Notes: generated by a model from the letters alone, not told the origin. Shown: positions 40,692-48,663, counted from the stretch's first letter. The stretch is DNA of 64,000 bases from Deltaproteobacteria bacterium (GCA_033763315.1 JANRKS010000019.1:128001-192000), one strand, 5' to 3'. Program-made: numbers and translations.

Positions 40692-40797
40692 CAAAACAAA
40701 AACGCGCGACCCGCATAGGTCGCGCGTATAAGTTTGGGGCTCCGCTTCACCGTTGTTTCGCTGCCAAGGATGGTGCCCACGCGCCATAGACAACACC
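40692..40797 (-). repeat. Copy A of a duplicated promoter...terminator unit (no ORF; candidate small RNA)
   Basis: Shares the 22-nt CAAAACAAAAACGCGCGACCCG, the hairpin, GGGCTCCGC and the 14-nt CCATAGACAACACC with copy B. Confidence 0.8.
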
Positions 40798-40806
40798 CTT
40801 CGCGCC

Positions 40807-41358
40807 CTAGCCTTGTTCCTCGGGGCTACGAGCGGCCCGGAAAATTCGGGCGACGAGGTGAACAATGCGCTCACGGTGTTCGGGGTCCACCGGAATGGTT
40901 GGCAACCTCGCGAGCAAAGTGCTGTGGTCGATCAGCTGGTTGCGTGCCGCGGCCTCAAGATACGCGCGATCTTTGTCTCGGTTTGCCACTAACTTGGCGA
41001 TAGCTAGATCGTGTGCCTCCAAGCAGAGTCCCTTTGCGCCTCTGGTGTTGGCGTTACAGAGCACCACGAGTCGCGTCTCCCAGCCTTCAGGGAGCACCGC
41101 AGTTCCTGGCTCGACCCCTTGCGCGTAGTACCCGAATGTCGAATGAAATGGCGACAGCTCCCCTATGGAGCCATCGATCAACTCCCATCGCTCAGGGTGG
41201 TTCTTTGGATAAACATCGGCTTCCATCGAGACAAGAAGTTCGGCTGGAGGATTCGGGTACTGTCCCAGAATCGACTGACTTCCGATCACGATGATCTCTT
41301 CATCATCGGCAATATCCGCTGACGCTCTGATGATGTGTTCAAGTTGGTAGCGATTCAC
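40807..41358 (-). CDS. DUF6036-like putative nucleotidyltransferase (toxin-like)
   Basis: 'MNRYQLEHIIRA', 'IIVIGSQSILG', 'SMEADV', 'GELSPFH.TFGYYAQGV', 'LPEGWE.RL', 'HDLAIAKL...RDKD'. Confidence 0.75.
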   Translation of the reverse strand: MNRYQLEHIIRASADIADDEEIIVIGSQSILGQYPNPPAELLVSMEADVYPKNHPERWELIDGSIGELSPFHSTFGYYAQGVEPGTAVLPEGWETRLVVLCNANTRGAKGLCLEAHDLAIAKLVANRDKDRAYLEAAARNQLIDHSTLLARLPTIPVDPEHRERIVHLVARIFRAARSPEEQG

Positions 41359-41735
41359 TCGGCCGTCCCAGCCTCTTTGTGAATGCGCCAGCGCTCCTGA
41401 GGACTCAACACCCCGGCGAATGGGCTCACCTGTCGAAGCTCGTGCATTCTTTCGGTTCGCGCTCCAAGCTGCTCAACGAGGACCGCAGGAGGATGATCAA
41501 GCAACTCCAACCACGCCAGCGCGTAAGCCTTGGGCGTCGATCCGTCGCGCAGCCATTGGGTCACGCGCGCTTTCGCCGTGCCGATCAGCGATGGATCCGC
41601 CTCGATGCAGGCGGCGACAGCCACGTGTAAAGCGCGGCTGCGCTCCATGGCTCGCGCGTGCGAACCTTGAAGGTGCATCGGCGTCTGCGCATCGGAATAC
41701 CACGCTGGAATCGACTGTTGGCCGTCGTTCGGCAT
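41355..41735 (-). CDS. Small helical partner of the DUF6036 gene (putative antitoxin)
   Basis: 'RSRALH..VA', 'W..LL', 'LRQVSPFAGVL...ER'; 4-nt overlap with the DUF6036 gene; start uncertain. Confidence 0.65.
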   Translation of the reverse strand: MPNDGQQSIPAWYSDAQTPMHLQGSHARAMERSRALHVAVAACIEADPSLIGTAKARVTQWLRDGSTPKAYALAWLELLDHPPAVLVEQLGARTERMHELRQVSPFAGVLSPQERWRIHKEAGTAE

Positions 41736-41748
41736 TCCTACAGTTTAA

Positions 41749-41801
41749 CAAAACAAAAACGCGCGACCCGAAAAGGCCGCGCGTTTACTTTTGGGCTCCG
41801 C
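41749..41801 (-). terminator. Intrinsic terminator, 3' part of copy B of the duplicated unit
   Basis: Minus-strand RNA ACGCGCGGCC-UUUUCG-GGUCGCGCGU-UUUUGUUUUG; the G.U wobble pairs only on the minus strand. Confidence 0.8.
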
Positions 41802-41810
41802 CTGAGAACG

Positions 41811-42011
41811 TTAGTTCGCGGTGCCGAGGCCACCGGTGAAGGCGCCGCTGAAATCGCGGACGGCATTCAAGGTGGTGGAGAGCAGCCCAGCGAGGCCTGC
41901 GGCGACGAGGCCACCGCGACGACGTCGACGGCGGCGGGCGGCGCCTCCCGCGGAGATCGCGAGGGTCGCGGCCTTGAGGCCAGTGGAAGTCACAATCGGT
42001 TGGGTTGTCAT
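41811..42011 (-). CDS. 66-aa peptide with an Arg7 run, probably leaderless
   Basis: MTTQPIVTSTGLKAATLAISAGGAARRRRRRRGGLVAAGLAGLLSTTLNAVRDFSGAFTGGLGTAN; GC-rich third codon positions; flanked by a promoter and a terminator. Confidence 0.55.
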   Translation of the reverse strand: MTTQPIVTSTGLKAATLAISAGGAARRRRRRRGGLVAAGLAGLLSTTLNAVRDFSGAFTGGLGTAN

Positions 42012-42019
42012 CGAGCCGG

Positions 42020-42052
42020 AGTATGGACCCACACACGCCCATAGACAACACC
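42020..42052 (-). promoter_or_regulatory. Sigma70-type promoter for the Arg7 peptide (5' part of copy B)
   Basis: TTGTCT-17 nt-CATACT, 8 nt before the ATG; no SD. Confidence 0.6.
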
Positions 42053-42084
42053 ATTTGTGCGACATCGTCGCCAGCGTGAACCCG

Positions 42085-42510
42085 TTAGAGCTTGCGAGGC
42101 CGGCCCGGGCCGCGACGCGGGTTGAGCGCCTGATCCAAGATCGCCTGAATCTGCTCCAGCGCCTTGCGATGCACTTCGGCCTGCTGCACAGCTTCCATGA
42201 GCTGGCTGATCGAGCCATCCAACGCTGTGGGCGCCACCTTCGGTGGGCGGCCTCGGCGCGGCTTATCGAGCGGGGGAGGGGCGCCTGGCACCACCGGTGC
42301 GGGCGAGCGTCCTGCCACACGACGCCCCGGTTTCACAGGGGCGCGGCGCTGAAGACCAAGGGCCTTCTTCGCGCGGCCGTAAATGATCGGCAGCACAGAG
42401 AGGCCCTTTTTATCGGCAGCGGCTTTCAGTTCGCCAAAGGCGAGACGAGGGTTTTTCTCAAGCTGGGCAACAGCGAAGGCCATGCTTGGGCTTGAAGGCT
42501 TCTTTGACAA
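42085..42510 (-). CDS. Small basic protein with two AT-hook motifs (putative nucleoid-associated protein)
   Basis: 'PRRGRPPK' and C-terminal 'RRGPGRPRK'; helical coiled-coil segment. Confidence 0.7.
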   Translation of the reverse strand: MSKKPSSPSMAFAVAQLEKNPRLAFGELKAAADKKGLSVLPIIYGRAKKALGLQRRAPVKPGRRVAGRSPAPVVPGAPPPLDKPRRGRPPKVAPTALDGSISQLMEAVQQAEVHRKALEQIQAILDQALNPRRGPGRPRKL

Positions 42511-42536
42511 GGCGCCCCCCCGACGGAAAAGTTGGT

Positions 42537-42770
42537 TTACAGTTTCCCAGCTGCGCGAAGCTCAGCAATCACAGGCTCGATACCACGCTTGGTGATATTG
42601 CGAATGGCCTCTGTGCTGACACGCAGGCGAATCCAGCGGTTTTCGCTGGGCACCCAAAAGCGCTTTGATTGCAGGTTGGGCAACCAACGGCGGCGGCTCT
42701 TCCGGTTGGAGTGAGACACCTTGTTGCCGGTCGCCGGCTTTTTCCCTGTAACTTGGCAAACGCGAGACAT
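42537..42770 (-). CDS. rpmB: 50S ribosomal protein L28 (single Cys, non-zinc form)
   Basis: '[10 protein letters not shown]...[19 protein letters not shown]'. Confidence 0.97.
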   Translation of the reverse strand: MSRVCQVTGKKPATGNKVSHSNRKSRRRWLPNLQSKRFWVPSENRWIRLRVSTEAIRNITKRGIEPVIAELRAAGKL

Positions 42771-42830
42771 ATTCGTGAATCCTGAAAGTGCAAAAAGGGG
42801 CTTAGAAGACGAGCCCGAAAATGAGCCGAG

Positions 42831-42859
42831 AGACTAGATTGTTCCCGGTGGCTGTGCAA
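42831..42859 (-). promoter_or_regulatory. Sigma70 promoter of rpmB
   Basis: TTGCAC-17 nt-TAGTCT. Confidence 0.55.
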
Positions 42860-42921
42860 GCCGTATTGGATGAATAAAAGCGAAAATCTTCGGTTTTCCG
42901 TAACGAAACCACCGGCTTGGC

Positions 42922-43488
42922 TCAGCGGGTGGCCAGGGCCGTCAAGTCAACCTTGAAGGCCTCACGGCAGTAGTAGCGCATTTCTTCAAGACTTGCGGCA
43001 ACATCTGCCATCGCCCGGTGGCTGGCGGGGGGATGTTCGTATTGGGCTTGGGGAAACCAAGCGTCCGCCAAAACGCCGAACGTTGAAACGTCCACGCGCA
43101 GGAAGTGCAGGTGCTGTTCGATGCGGGGCATGTACCGCGCCAGGAACTTCCAATCGTTGTGGATCGAACGGCCGCAGAGCAGTCCCTGCCCAGGGCCACA
43201 GTGGGCAGAAATCTCGCGCAGCACTTGGCTTTCCACCACGCGTAGGTCGATGCCCTTGGTGCGCACGTCGGTCACCAAACCGTTTGCCGTGTGCAGCTCG
43301 CGCACCTTGTTGCTCATGCGCGCCAGCACTTCGTCGGTTTGAAACACCACGCGTTCGATGGACGTCAACGGCTGAAGGTCGGGACCCGTCACCACCACCG
43401 CGATCTCGATGATCGCGTCGTAATCGGGATTCAGCCCCGTCATTTCGAGATCAAGCCAAACGAAGCGTGGCGCAAGGCGATCAGACAT
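42922..43488 (-). CDS. orn: Oligoribonuclease (DEDDh)
   Basis: 'VWLDLEMTGL', 'IIEIA', 'DVST', 'HRAMAD'; start ATG 43488 with a GAGG SD. Confidence 0.88.
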   Translation of the reverse strand: MSDRLAPRFVWLDLEMTGLNPDYDAIIEIAVVVTGPDLQPLTSIERVVFQTDEVLARMSNKVRELHTANGLVTDVRTKGIDLRVVESQVLREISAHCGPGQGLLCGRSIHNDWKFLARYMPRIEQHLHFLRVDVSTFGVLADAWFPQAQYEHPPASHRAMADVAASLEEMRYYCREAFKVDLTALATR

Positions 43489-43503
43489 GGCTGCCCTCAC
43501 CAC

Positions 43504-43538
43504 AAAAGAAATAGGGCGACAGAAGGCCTGCCGCCCTA
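43504..43538 (-). terminator. Intrinsic terminator after rpsN
   Basis: Minus strand TAGGGCGGCAG-GCCTT-CTGTCGCCCTA-TTTCTTTTG. Confidence 0.7.
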
Positions 43539-43610
43539 ATCCTCAATTGACCGTGATCGAAAAGCCTCATGGCCAATTCCGTGGGGCCCCTCGAGGCACC
43601 ACGTTTGGTC

Positions 43611-43916
43611 CTACCAGCTGCTCTTGATGACGCCGGGGATATCGCCGCGCAGACCGAAGTCGCGCAAAGCGATACGCGACATACGGAACTTGCGGAGAAA
43701 GCCGCGGGGACGACCCGTGATCTCGCAACGGTTACGGAAGCGCACCTTCGTGCTGTTCCGAGGCAAGCCTTGCATCTTGCGGTTGGCCTTTTCCTTCTCT
43801 TCAGGAGTGGCCGTGCCGGAAGCAATGACTTCCTTCAACTTTGCACGCAGCGGTGCATACTTCGTTGCAAGCTTCTTGCGCTTGCCGTTCGTGATTAGTT
43901 TCGCGAGAGTCGCCAT
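43611..43916 (-). CDS. rpsN: 30S ribosomal protein S14, long zinc-independent form
   Basis: 101 aa, 'LPRNS...[22 protein letters not shown]...G.IPGV.KSSW', no CxxC pairs. Confidence 0.97.
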   Translation of the reverse strand: MATLAKLITNGKRKKLATKYAPLRAKLKEVIASGTATPEEKEKANRKMQGLPRNSTKVRFRNRCEITGRPRGFLRKFRMSRIALRDFGLRGDIPGVIKSSW

Positions 43917-44061
43917 TCAAATCTCCAGAGGGCGAATCACTACCATCTGTGGGCGTCGTATGCAACCCCTCAAAACCATTCAAACTCTTTTCACGGGCGG
44001 TGGTCACAATTCCCACCCGTGCGGTGGGGCAGGGGCGGCAACTGCATGATATTACACTTGT

Positions 44062-44574
44062 ATGCCTTGGCCCGAGTCAGGTTTATACCGCACCACGCGC
44101 GCGCTGCCCGGACATGAGACGGAAATCCCCGCGGGGGCGTTGGTCTATGTTGGCCGCCGTGGCACGCAGCGGTTTGTGGTTCGCCCGCACGACAACCGCC
44201 TGAACCGGTGGTTTTGGCACGACCCCGTGGTGACCCTGACTGACCAGGCGTGGTGCGCGTCGCTTGTGGATTTGCCGCTTGAGGGCTTTTACACCCTGCC
44301 CGAGGAGATCACGTTTTCGGGCGGCGGGCGATGGCTTAAGAACGCCATCGTGCAGCTTGGATACAACGAGGACGGCCAAGCCATCATTTTTGTGGGCGAG
44401 CGGCGCGACGGTGGCAAAGAGAACGCCCTTTATTTCAGCGATCGCGGCATGATGATCGACGACGCACTCATGCGGCGCCTGCAATGGGCGCCCATCCTGC
44501 CCACCGGCCCCAACGGCGAAGAGCTAGACGACGACGAACCGTCGGAGACGGAGTCCCGCGGCGGCGTGAACTGA
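44062..44574 (+). CDS. Hypothetical protein
   Basis: Clean ORF with coding-like composition; no motif recognised. Confidence 0.65.
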   Translation: MPWPESGLYRTTRALPGHETEIPAGALVYVGRRGTQRFVVRPHDNRLNRWFWHDPVVTLTDQAWCASLVDLPLEGFYTLPEEITFSGGGRWLKNAIVQLGYNEDGQAIIFVGERRDGGKENALYFSDRGMMIDDALMRRLQWAPILPTGPNGEELDDDEPSETESRGGVN

Positions 44575-44605
44575 AGGGTTCCGGTAATTTTGGGGTCCAT
44601 TGCTA

Positions 44606-44622
44606 GTTTTCCCATGGAAAAC
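44606..44622. promoter_or_regulatory. Inverted repeat upstream of the TA operon (candidate autorepression operator)
   Basis: GTTTTCC-CAT-GGAAAAC. Confidence 0.5.
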
Positions 44623-44649
44623 CATGGCTCCGAGTGTCACCGTTAGACG

Positions 44650-44925
44650 ATGGCCTCCCAAGCTCAAATATCCGCAACGATTTCGGAAGCAACGAAAGAG
44701 CGGCTTGACCGATTTACTGACAGTCACGGCCTGAAAAAGAACTTCGTGGTTGAGCAAGCACTGCTATTTTTCATGGAGTCGCGACGCGAATTGCCCGAAG
44801 AGGCGATGATTCCGACGCGCCTCGTTTTGGACGACGAATCGTGGAGGACGGTCGCGGACTTGGTTTCTCAGCCTCCTGCCCCCAACGACGCTTTGCGGGC
44901 CTTGATGCGTGACAAGATCCGTTGA
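44650..44925 (+). CDS. RHH/DUF1778-like antitoxin
   Basis: RHH-like N-terminus 'QISATIS', C-terminus 'LVLDDESW...PPAPNDALRALM'; overlaps the GNAT gene. Confidence 0.75.
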   Translation: MASQAQISATISEATKERLDRFTDSHGLKKNFVVEQALLFFMESRRELPEEAMIPTRLVLDDESWRTVADLVSQPPAPNDALRALMRDKIR

Positions 44926-45436
44926 AATTCGCCCACTCACGAAAGAAGACGATCGCCGCGATTTCTGTTGTGGGCATCCTTCTCTCGATCGGTTTTTTGA
45001 GCACTACGCTGGCCAGAACCAGTTCAAGTTGCATCTTGCCGTGACGTATGTTGCGGCATCAGAGGGGCGCATTATCGGATTTGCCACAGTGGCGGCGTCT
45101 TCCATCGAAGCGGTCTCGTTGCCCAGTGATCTGCGAAAGCGTCTACCAACGTATCCCTTACCGATCTTGCGTTTGGCCCGTCTCGGAGTGGACCTGCGCG
45201 AACAGCGCAAAGGGATTGGACGCGCTCTGCTCCAACACGTTTGCAAGATTGCACTTGCTCAGCGGGACCAACTTGGATGCGTGGGTCTTCTGGTAGATGC
45301 AAAGCCCGAGTCTGAAATATTTTACAAGAAGCTCGGGTTTGCAGCGCTGCAAGGCGCTAGAGAAGGGCGTTTACTCGGCGACCCGATGCCCATGTTTATC
45401 GCGCTCGAAACTTTACGGGTTGCCATTGAGACTTGA
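44909..45436 (+). CDS. GNAT acetyltransferase toxin (AtaT/TacT-like)
   Basis: 'DFCCGHPSLDRF', 'LARLGVD..EQRKGIGRALL', 'VDAK....FY.KLGF'. Confidence 0.85.
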   Translation: MTRSVEIRPLTKEDDRRDFCCGHPSLDRFFEHYAGQNQFKLHLAVTYVAASEGRIIGFATVAASSIEAVSLPSDLRKRLPTYPLPILRLARLGVDLREQRKGIGRALLQHVCKIALAQRDQLGCVGLLVDAKPESEIFYKKLGFAALQGAREGRLLGDPMPMFIALETLRVAIET

Positions 45437-45439
45437 AGA

Positions 45440-46963
45440 CTAAGGCGCGGCCGCCTGCAGGACCTGTAGCTTGACGGGCGGGGAGGGGGCGGGCGTGATC
45501 ACCGCTGGCAGCGGTACGTTGGCCAACGCTTTTTTCCATTCGCCGAAGCTGCCGCCGGCACGCGCCACTTGTGCGGCAGCCACACCTGCGGCGAAGCCCC
45601 CTTGAGCCAATCGGTATTCAACCCAGGCCCAGCGCGCGGATGTGGAGCGAATGTCCACCTTGCCTTTGACGCCGTTGCGTAGGTGTGACAAGCGGGCTTC
45701 GATCACGGCCGTGTCCTCGAAGGCGTGCTGATCCAAGGGCGTGTTGCGCTTGGCGACGAACGGCGCGATGCCAAATGCCACCTTGGGAGCGATCTTGGCC
45801 AGCTCTTTGGCGAAACGAATCAACTCGTCGATGTCGTCCATGGTCTCGCCGGGCAGGCCCAACATCATGTAAAGCTTCAACAGCCGCAGGCCGTGTTTGC
45901 GCGTGAGTTCAGCGGCGGCCAACAGGTGACGCTCGTGCGTCTTACGTGCGATCGCCACGCGCATGCGTTCGGAGCTGCCATCAGAGGCGGTGGTCAACGT
46001 GCGGTAGCCGCCTTGCTTCAACAGGCCCACGATTTCGTCGGTGAGGCGATCGGCGCGCAGACTTGAAATGCCCACGCCCCGGCCTTTGGCCACAAGCGCC
46101 GACAAAATCTCAGGAAGCTTTGGGTGATCCGTGACGGCCGCGCCCACCAAGCCCACACGCTTGACGTCATCGGGAATCAGCGACAACACTTTCGCGGGCG
46201 GCACCAAACGCATGCCGCCGTTGGTGCTTCGCCTCATCACGCAATAGGTGCATTCGCGGTGGCAGCCACGTTCAGGCTCGATCAACAGCATGTTCGATAG
46301 CTCCGTGTGGGGCGTTCGAATCTGTGAGTGTGCGGGCAGCCGTTCGTTGGGCACCTTAGCGACGGCGGGCGGGTGTTCGCCGTGAATCGAGGGCACGTAG
46401 AAACCTGGAATCAAAGCGAGCTTGGCCAGCAGCGTGGATCGGTCGCGCTCATCGAGCGCATGCTGCACCAGCACGGCGATCAGATCTTCGGCTTCGCCCA
46501 TGATCATCACGTCGGCGAACGGGCCCGCAGGCACGGGGTTCGAGAACGTCAGCGGGCCGCCCACGAGCACCAAGGGGTGGCGGTGTGGATCTTGGGCGCG
46601 CTCGGCGGCGAAGGCCGGCACGCCCGCCATATCCAAGCAATCCACAAGGCCTGTGAGCTCAAGTTCGTAGGCCAAGGAAAACGCGATGATGGGGAAGTCG
46701 CTGATGGGGCGGTTTGACTCGTAGGTGCAAAGCCGCTCGCGGTTCTGCTTGGCCAGGGCCACATCGTCGGGCAAAAAGGCGCGTTCAGCTGTGACATCAG
46801 GCAGCGCGTGCAGCTCGCGATAGATGGTTTGAAAGCCGAGCGACGACATCCCCACGTGGTAGGGGCTTGGGTAAACCAACGCCACGGGCAGGGCCGCTTG
46901 TTTGAACAGCGTACCCACTTCGTCAGCCAAGCGTTGCTCGCGTATTTGCCGAAACGAACTCAA
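45440..46963 (-). CDS. Radical SAM protein with a B12-binding-like N-terminal domain
   Basis: 'YPSPY.VGMSSLG', CxxxCxxC 'CHRECTYC', 'SSLRAD', 'MLGLPGET'. Confidence 0.85.
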   Translation of the reverse strand: MSSFRQIREQRLADEVGTLFKQAALPVALVYPSPYHVGMSSLGFQTIYRELHALPDVTAERAFLPDDVALAKQNRERLCTYESNRPISDFPIIAFSLAYELELTGLVDCLDMAGVPAFAAERAQDPHRHPLVLVGGPLTFSNPVPAGPFADVMIMGEAEDLIAVLVQHALDERDRSTLLAKLALIPGFYVPSIHGEHPPAVAKVPNERLPAHSQIRTPHTELSNMLLIEPERGCHRECTYCVMRRSTNGGMRLVPPAKVLSLIPDDVKRVGLVGAAVTDHPKLPEILSALVAKGRGVGISSLRADRLTDEIVGLLKQGGYRTLTTASDGSSERMRVAIARKTHERHLLAAAELTRKHGLRLLKLYMMLGLPGETMDDIDELIRFAKELAKIAPKVAFGIAPFVAKRNTPLDQHAFEDTAVIEARLSHLRNGVKGKVDIRSTSARWAWVEYRLAQGGFAAGVAAAQVARAGGSFGEWKKALANVPLPAVITPAPSPPVKLQVLQAAAP

Positions 46964-47085
46964 GACAGCCAGTGTACGGGGTCAGATCGCGATGTGCATC
47001 CTCTGTTCACCGGCCGCAGGCTTGCCACAAAAGCAAACGCCCCCGACGCGTGGTGCGGCAGGGGCGTGGGTGGTCAAACCTGGCG

Positions 47086-48663
47086 TTACTTTAGCGGGTT
47101 GCCATCGGTGTCGCGAAGTTCAACGTCGGCGATTTTGCTCAGAGGCTCTTGGTTGGAGGCTCGGTCGCCCACCACAACGATGGCAAAATGCTCGTCCTGA
47201 AGGTATTTGCGCGCCATCGCTTTGACGTCAGCGGCGGTGACCGCAGCCACTTTCTTTTGATAGCTCTCCAGCTCGTCGATGGGCAGGTCGTAGATGGCGA
47301 GGCCCGCCATCTGAGCCGCCACTTGTTTCATCGTGGCGAAATAGGCTGGGAAGGCGCGGACCAAGGCGTCTTTGGCTTCCTGCAATTCACCGGCGGGCAC
47401 GTCGGCGTCGCGGATGAGCTTTACCTCTTTGAGGATTTCTTCCACCGACGGCGCCGTTTTGTCCGCCACGAATTCGCCTGCCACCACCCAGGGGCCTGGA
47501 ACCTTATTGGTGTTAAAGCGTGAGTACACGCCGTAGGTCCAGCCTTTTTGCTCGCGCAGATTCAGCGACAAGCGGCGGAAGCTGCCGCCCAAGATCTCGT
47601 TCATCACGCGCGCCTTGTAGTAGTCGGGGCTCTTGCGCTGCAAGGCCGGCAAACCAATGCGCAGCGATGACTGCGGCGCCCCAGCTTTATCGACCAGGAA
47701 GACGCGCGTTTTGGCCAAAGGCTTGGCAACCGGCACCGCGCGTGGCTTCTTCGCTTGGCCTTTCCAGCCCTTGAGCAGCGGCTCGATCTTGGCGCGCACG
47801 GCGGCCTCGTCCATGTCGCCCGCAATCACGAGAACCGCGTTGTCAGGCTTGAAATTGTCGGAGTGGAAGGCTTTCAGGTTGGCGGCCGTGAGCTTCGGCA
47901 GCGTTGCTTGGGTCCCATCCTGGGGCCACCCCAGGGGATGCTTTTCGCCGAACACGGCCCGACCGAAGGTTAATGCGGCTAAGGCGGGGGGCGAATCTTT
48001 GCGGCGCTCGAGGCCCGCCATGCGGTTCTCTTTCACGCGTGCAAGTTCATTTTCGGCGAACGCCGGATTCAAGATGACGTCGGCCCAGACAGGCAGAGCA
48101 CGCTCCATCACTTCTGAGAGCCCAGACAGATTCACAGCGGTGAAATCCCAATCGGCGCCCGTGCTCAACGTGGCGCCGAGCTGTTCGATCTCACCCGAGA
48201 TCTGCAGGGCGCTGCGTGTGGTGGTGCCTTCATCCAACATATCGGCAGCGAGGTCGGCCAACCCTGCCAATCCCGAAGGATCGGCGAGGCCGCCCGTCTT
48301 GATCACCATCTGCACATTCACAAGCGGCAAGTGGCTGTCGCTTGCCAAGATCACCGGCAGGCCCGAAGCGAGTTTGAAACGTTTCACCTTGGGAATGGCG
48401 AACGCGGGATCGGGGCCGGGCGCAGGCCTTTGCGCGCGAAACTCGGCGTCGGGGCTCACACGTTCAGGGACGCGCTCTGTGACGAGCGGCCGGGGCGCGG
48501 CCGTTTTGGTTTTTGCATCCAACTCTGGCGGAAGGGAGGCCACCGTGGCCGGCGTCGTGGAAGTTGTTTGCGGTGCGGACGAAGCACAGGCGGCGAGGGC
48601 CAATGCAATGGTGCTTGGCAAGAGGCGCGACTGCAGGCTGTGTTTTGCGGTCTGGTTTGTCAT
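47086..48663 (-). CDS. M16 peptidase, non-catalytic subunit, lipoprotein
   Basis: Lipobox LAAC; M16 fold motifs, 'LREQKGWTYG'; no HxxEH. Confidence 0.85.
   Translation of the reverse strand: MTNQTAKHSLQSRLLPSTIALALAACASSAPQTTSTTPATVASLPPELDAKTKTAAPRPLVTERVPERVSPDAEFRAQRPAPGPDPAFAIPKVKRFKLASGLPVILASDSHLPLVNVQMVIKTGGLADPSGLAGLADLAADMLDEGTTTRSALQISGEIEQLGATLSTGADWDFTAVNLSGLSEVMERALPVWADVILNPAFAENELARVKENRMAGLERRKDSPPALAALTFGRAVFGEKHPLGWPQDGTQATLPKLTAANLKAFHSDNFKPDNAVLVIAGDMDEAAVRAKIEPLLKGWKGQAKKPRAVPVAKPLAKTRVFLVDKAGAPQSSLRIGLPALQRKSPDYYKARVMNEILGGSFRRLSLNLREQKGWTYGVYSRFNTNKVPGPWVVAGEFVADKTAPSVEEILKEVKLIRDADVPAGELQEAKDALVRAFPAYFATMKQVAAQMAGLAIYDLPIDELESYQKKVAAVTAADVKAMARKYLQDEHFAIVVVGDRASNQEPLSKIADVELRDTDGNPLK

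Noticed and set aside
40692-41801. Flanking repeats as integron attC sites or IS ends
   Set aside because: No paired RYYYAAC/GTTRRRY boxes in both copies and no integrase or transposase; the hairpin plus U-tract fits a terminator
36251-42011. Arg7 peptide as a leader for speA
   Set aside because: Opposite strand and downstream of speA, so cis attenuation is impossible
41811-42320. 169-aa version of the Arg7 ORF in the ORF track
   Set aside because: The extension overlaps the AT-hook gene out of frame; the promoter position supports ATG 42011
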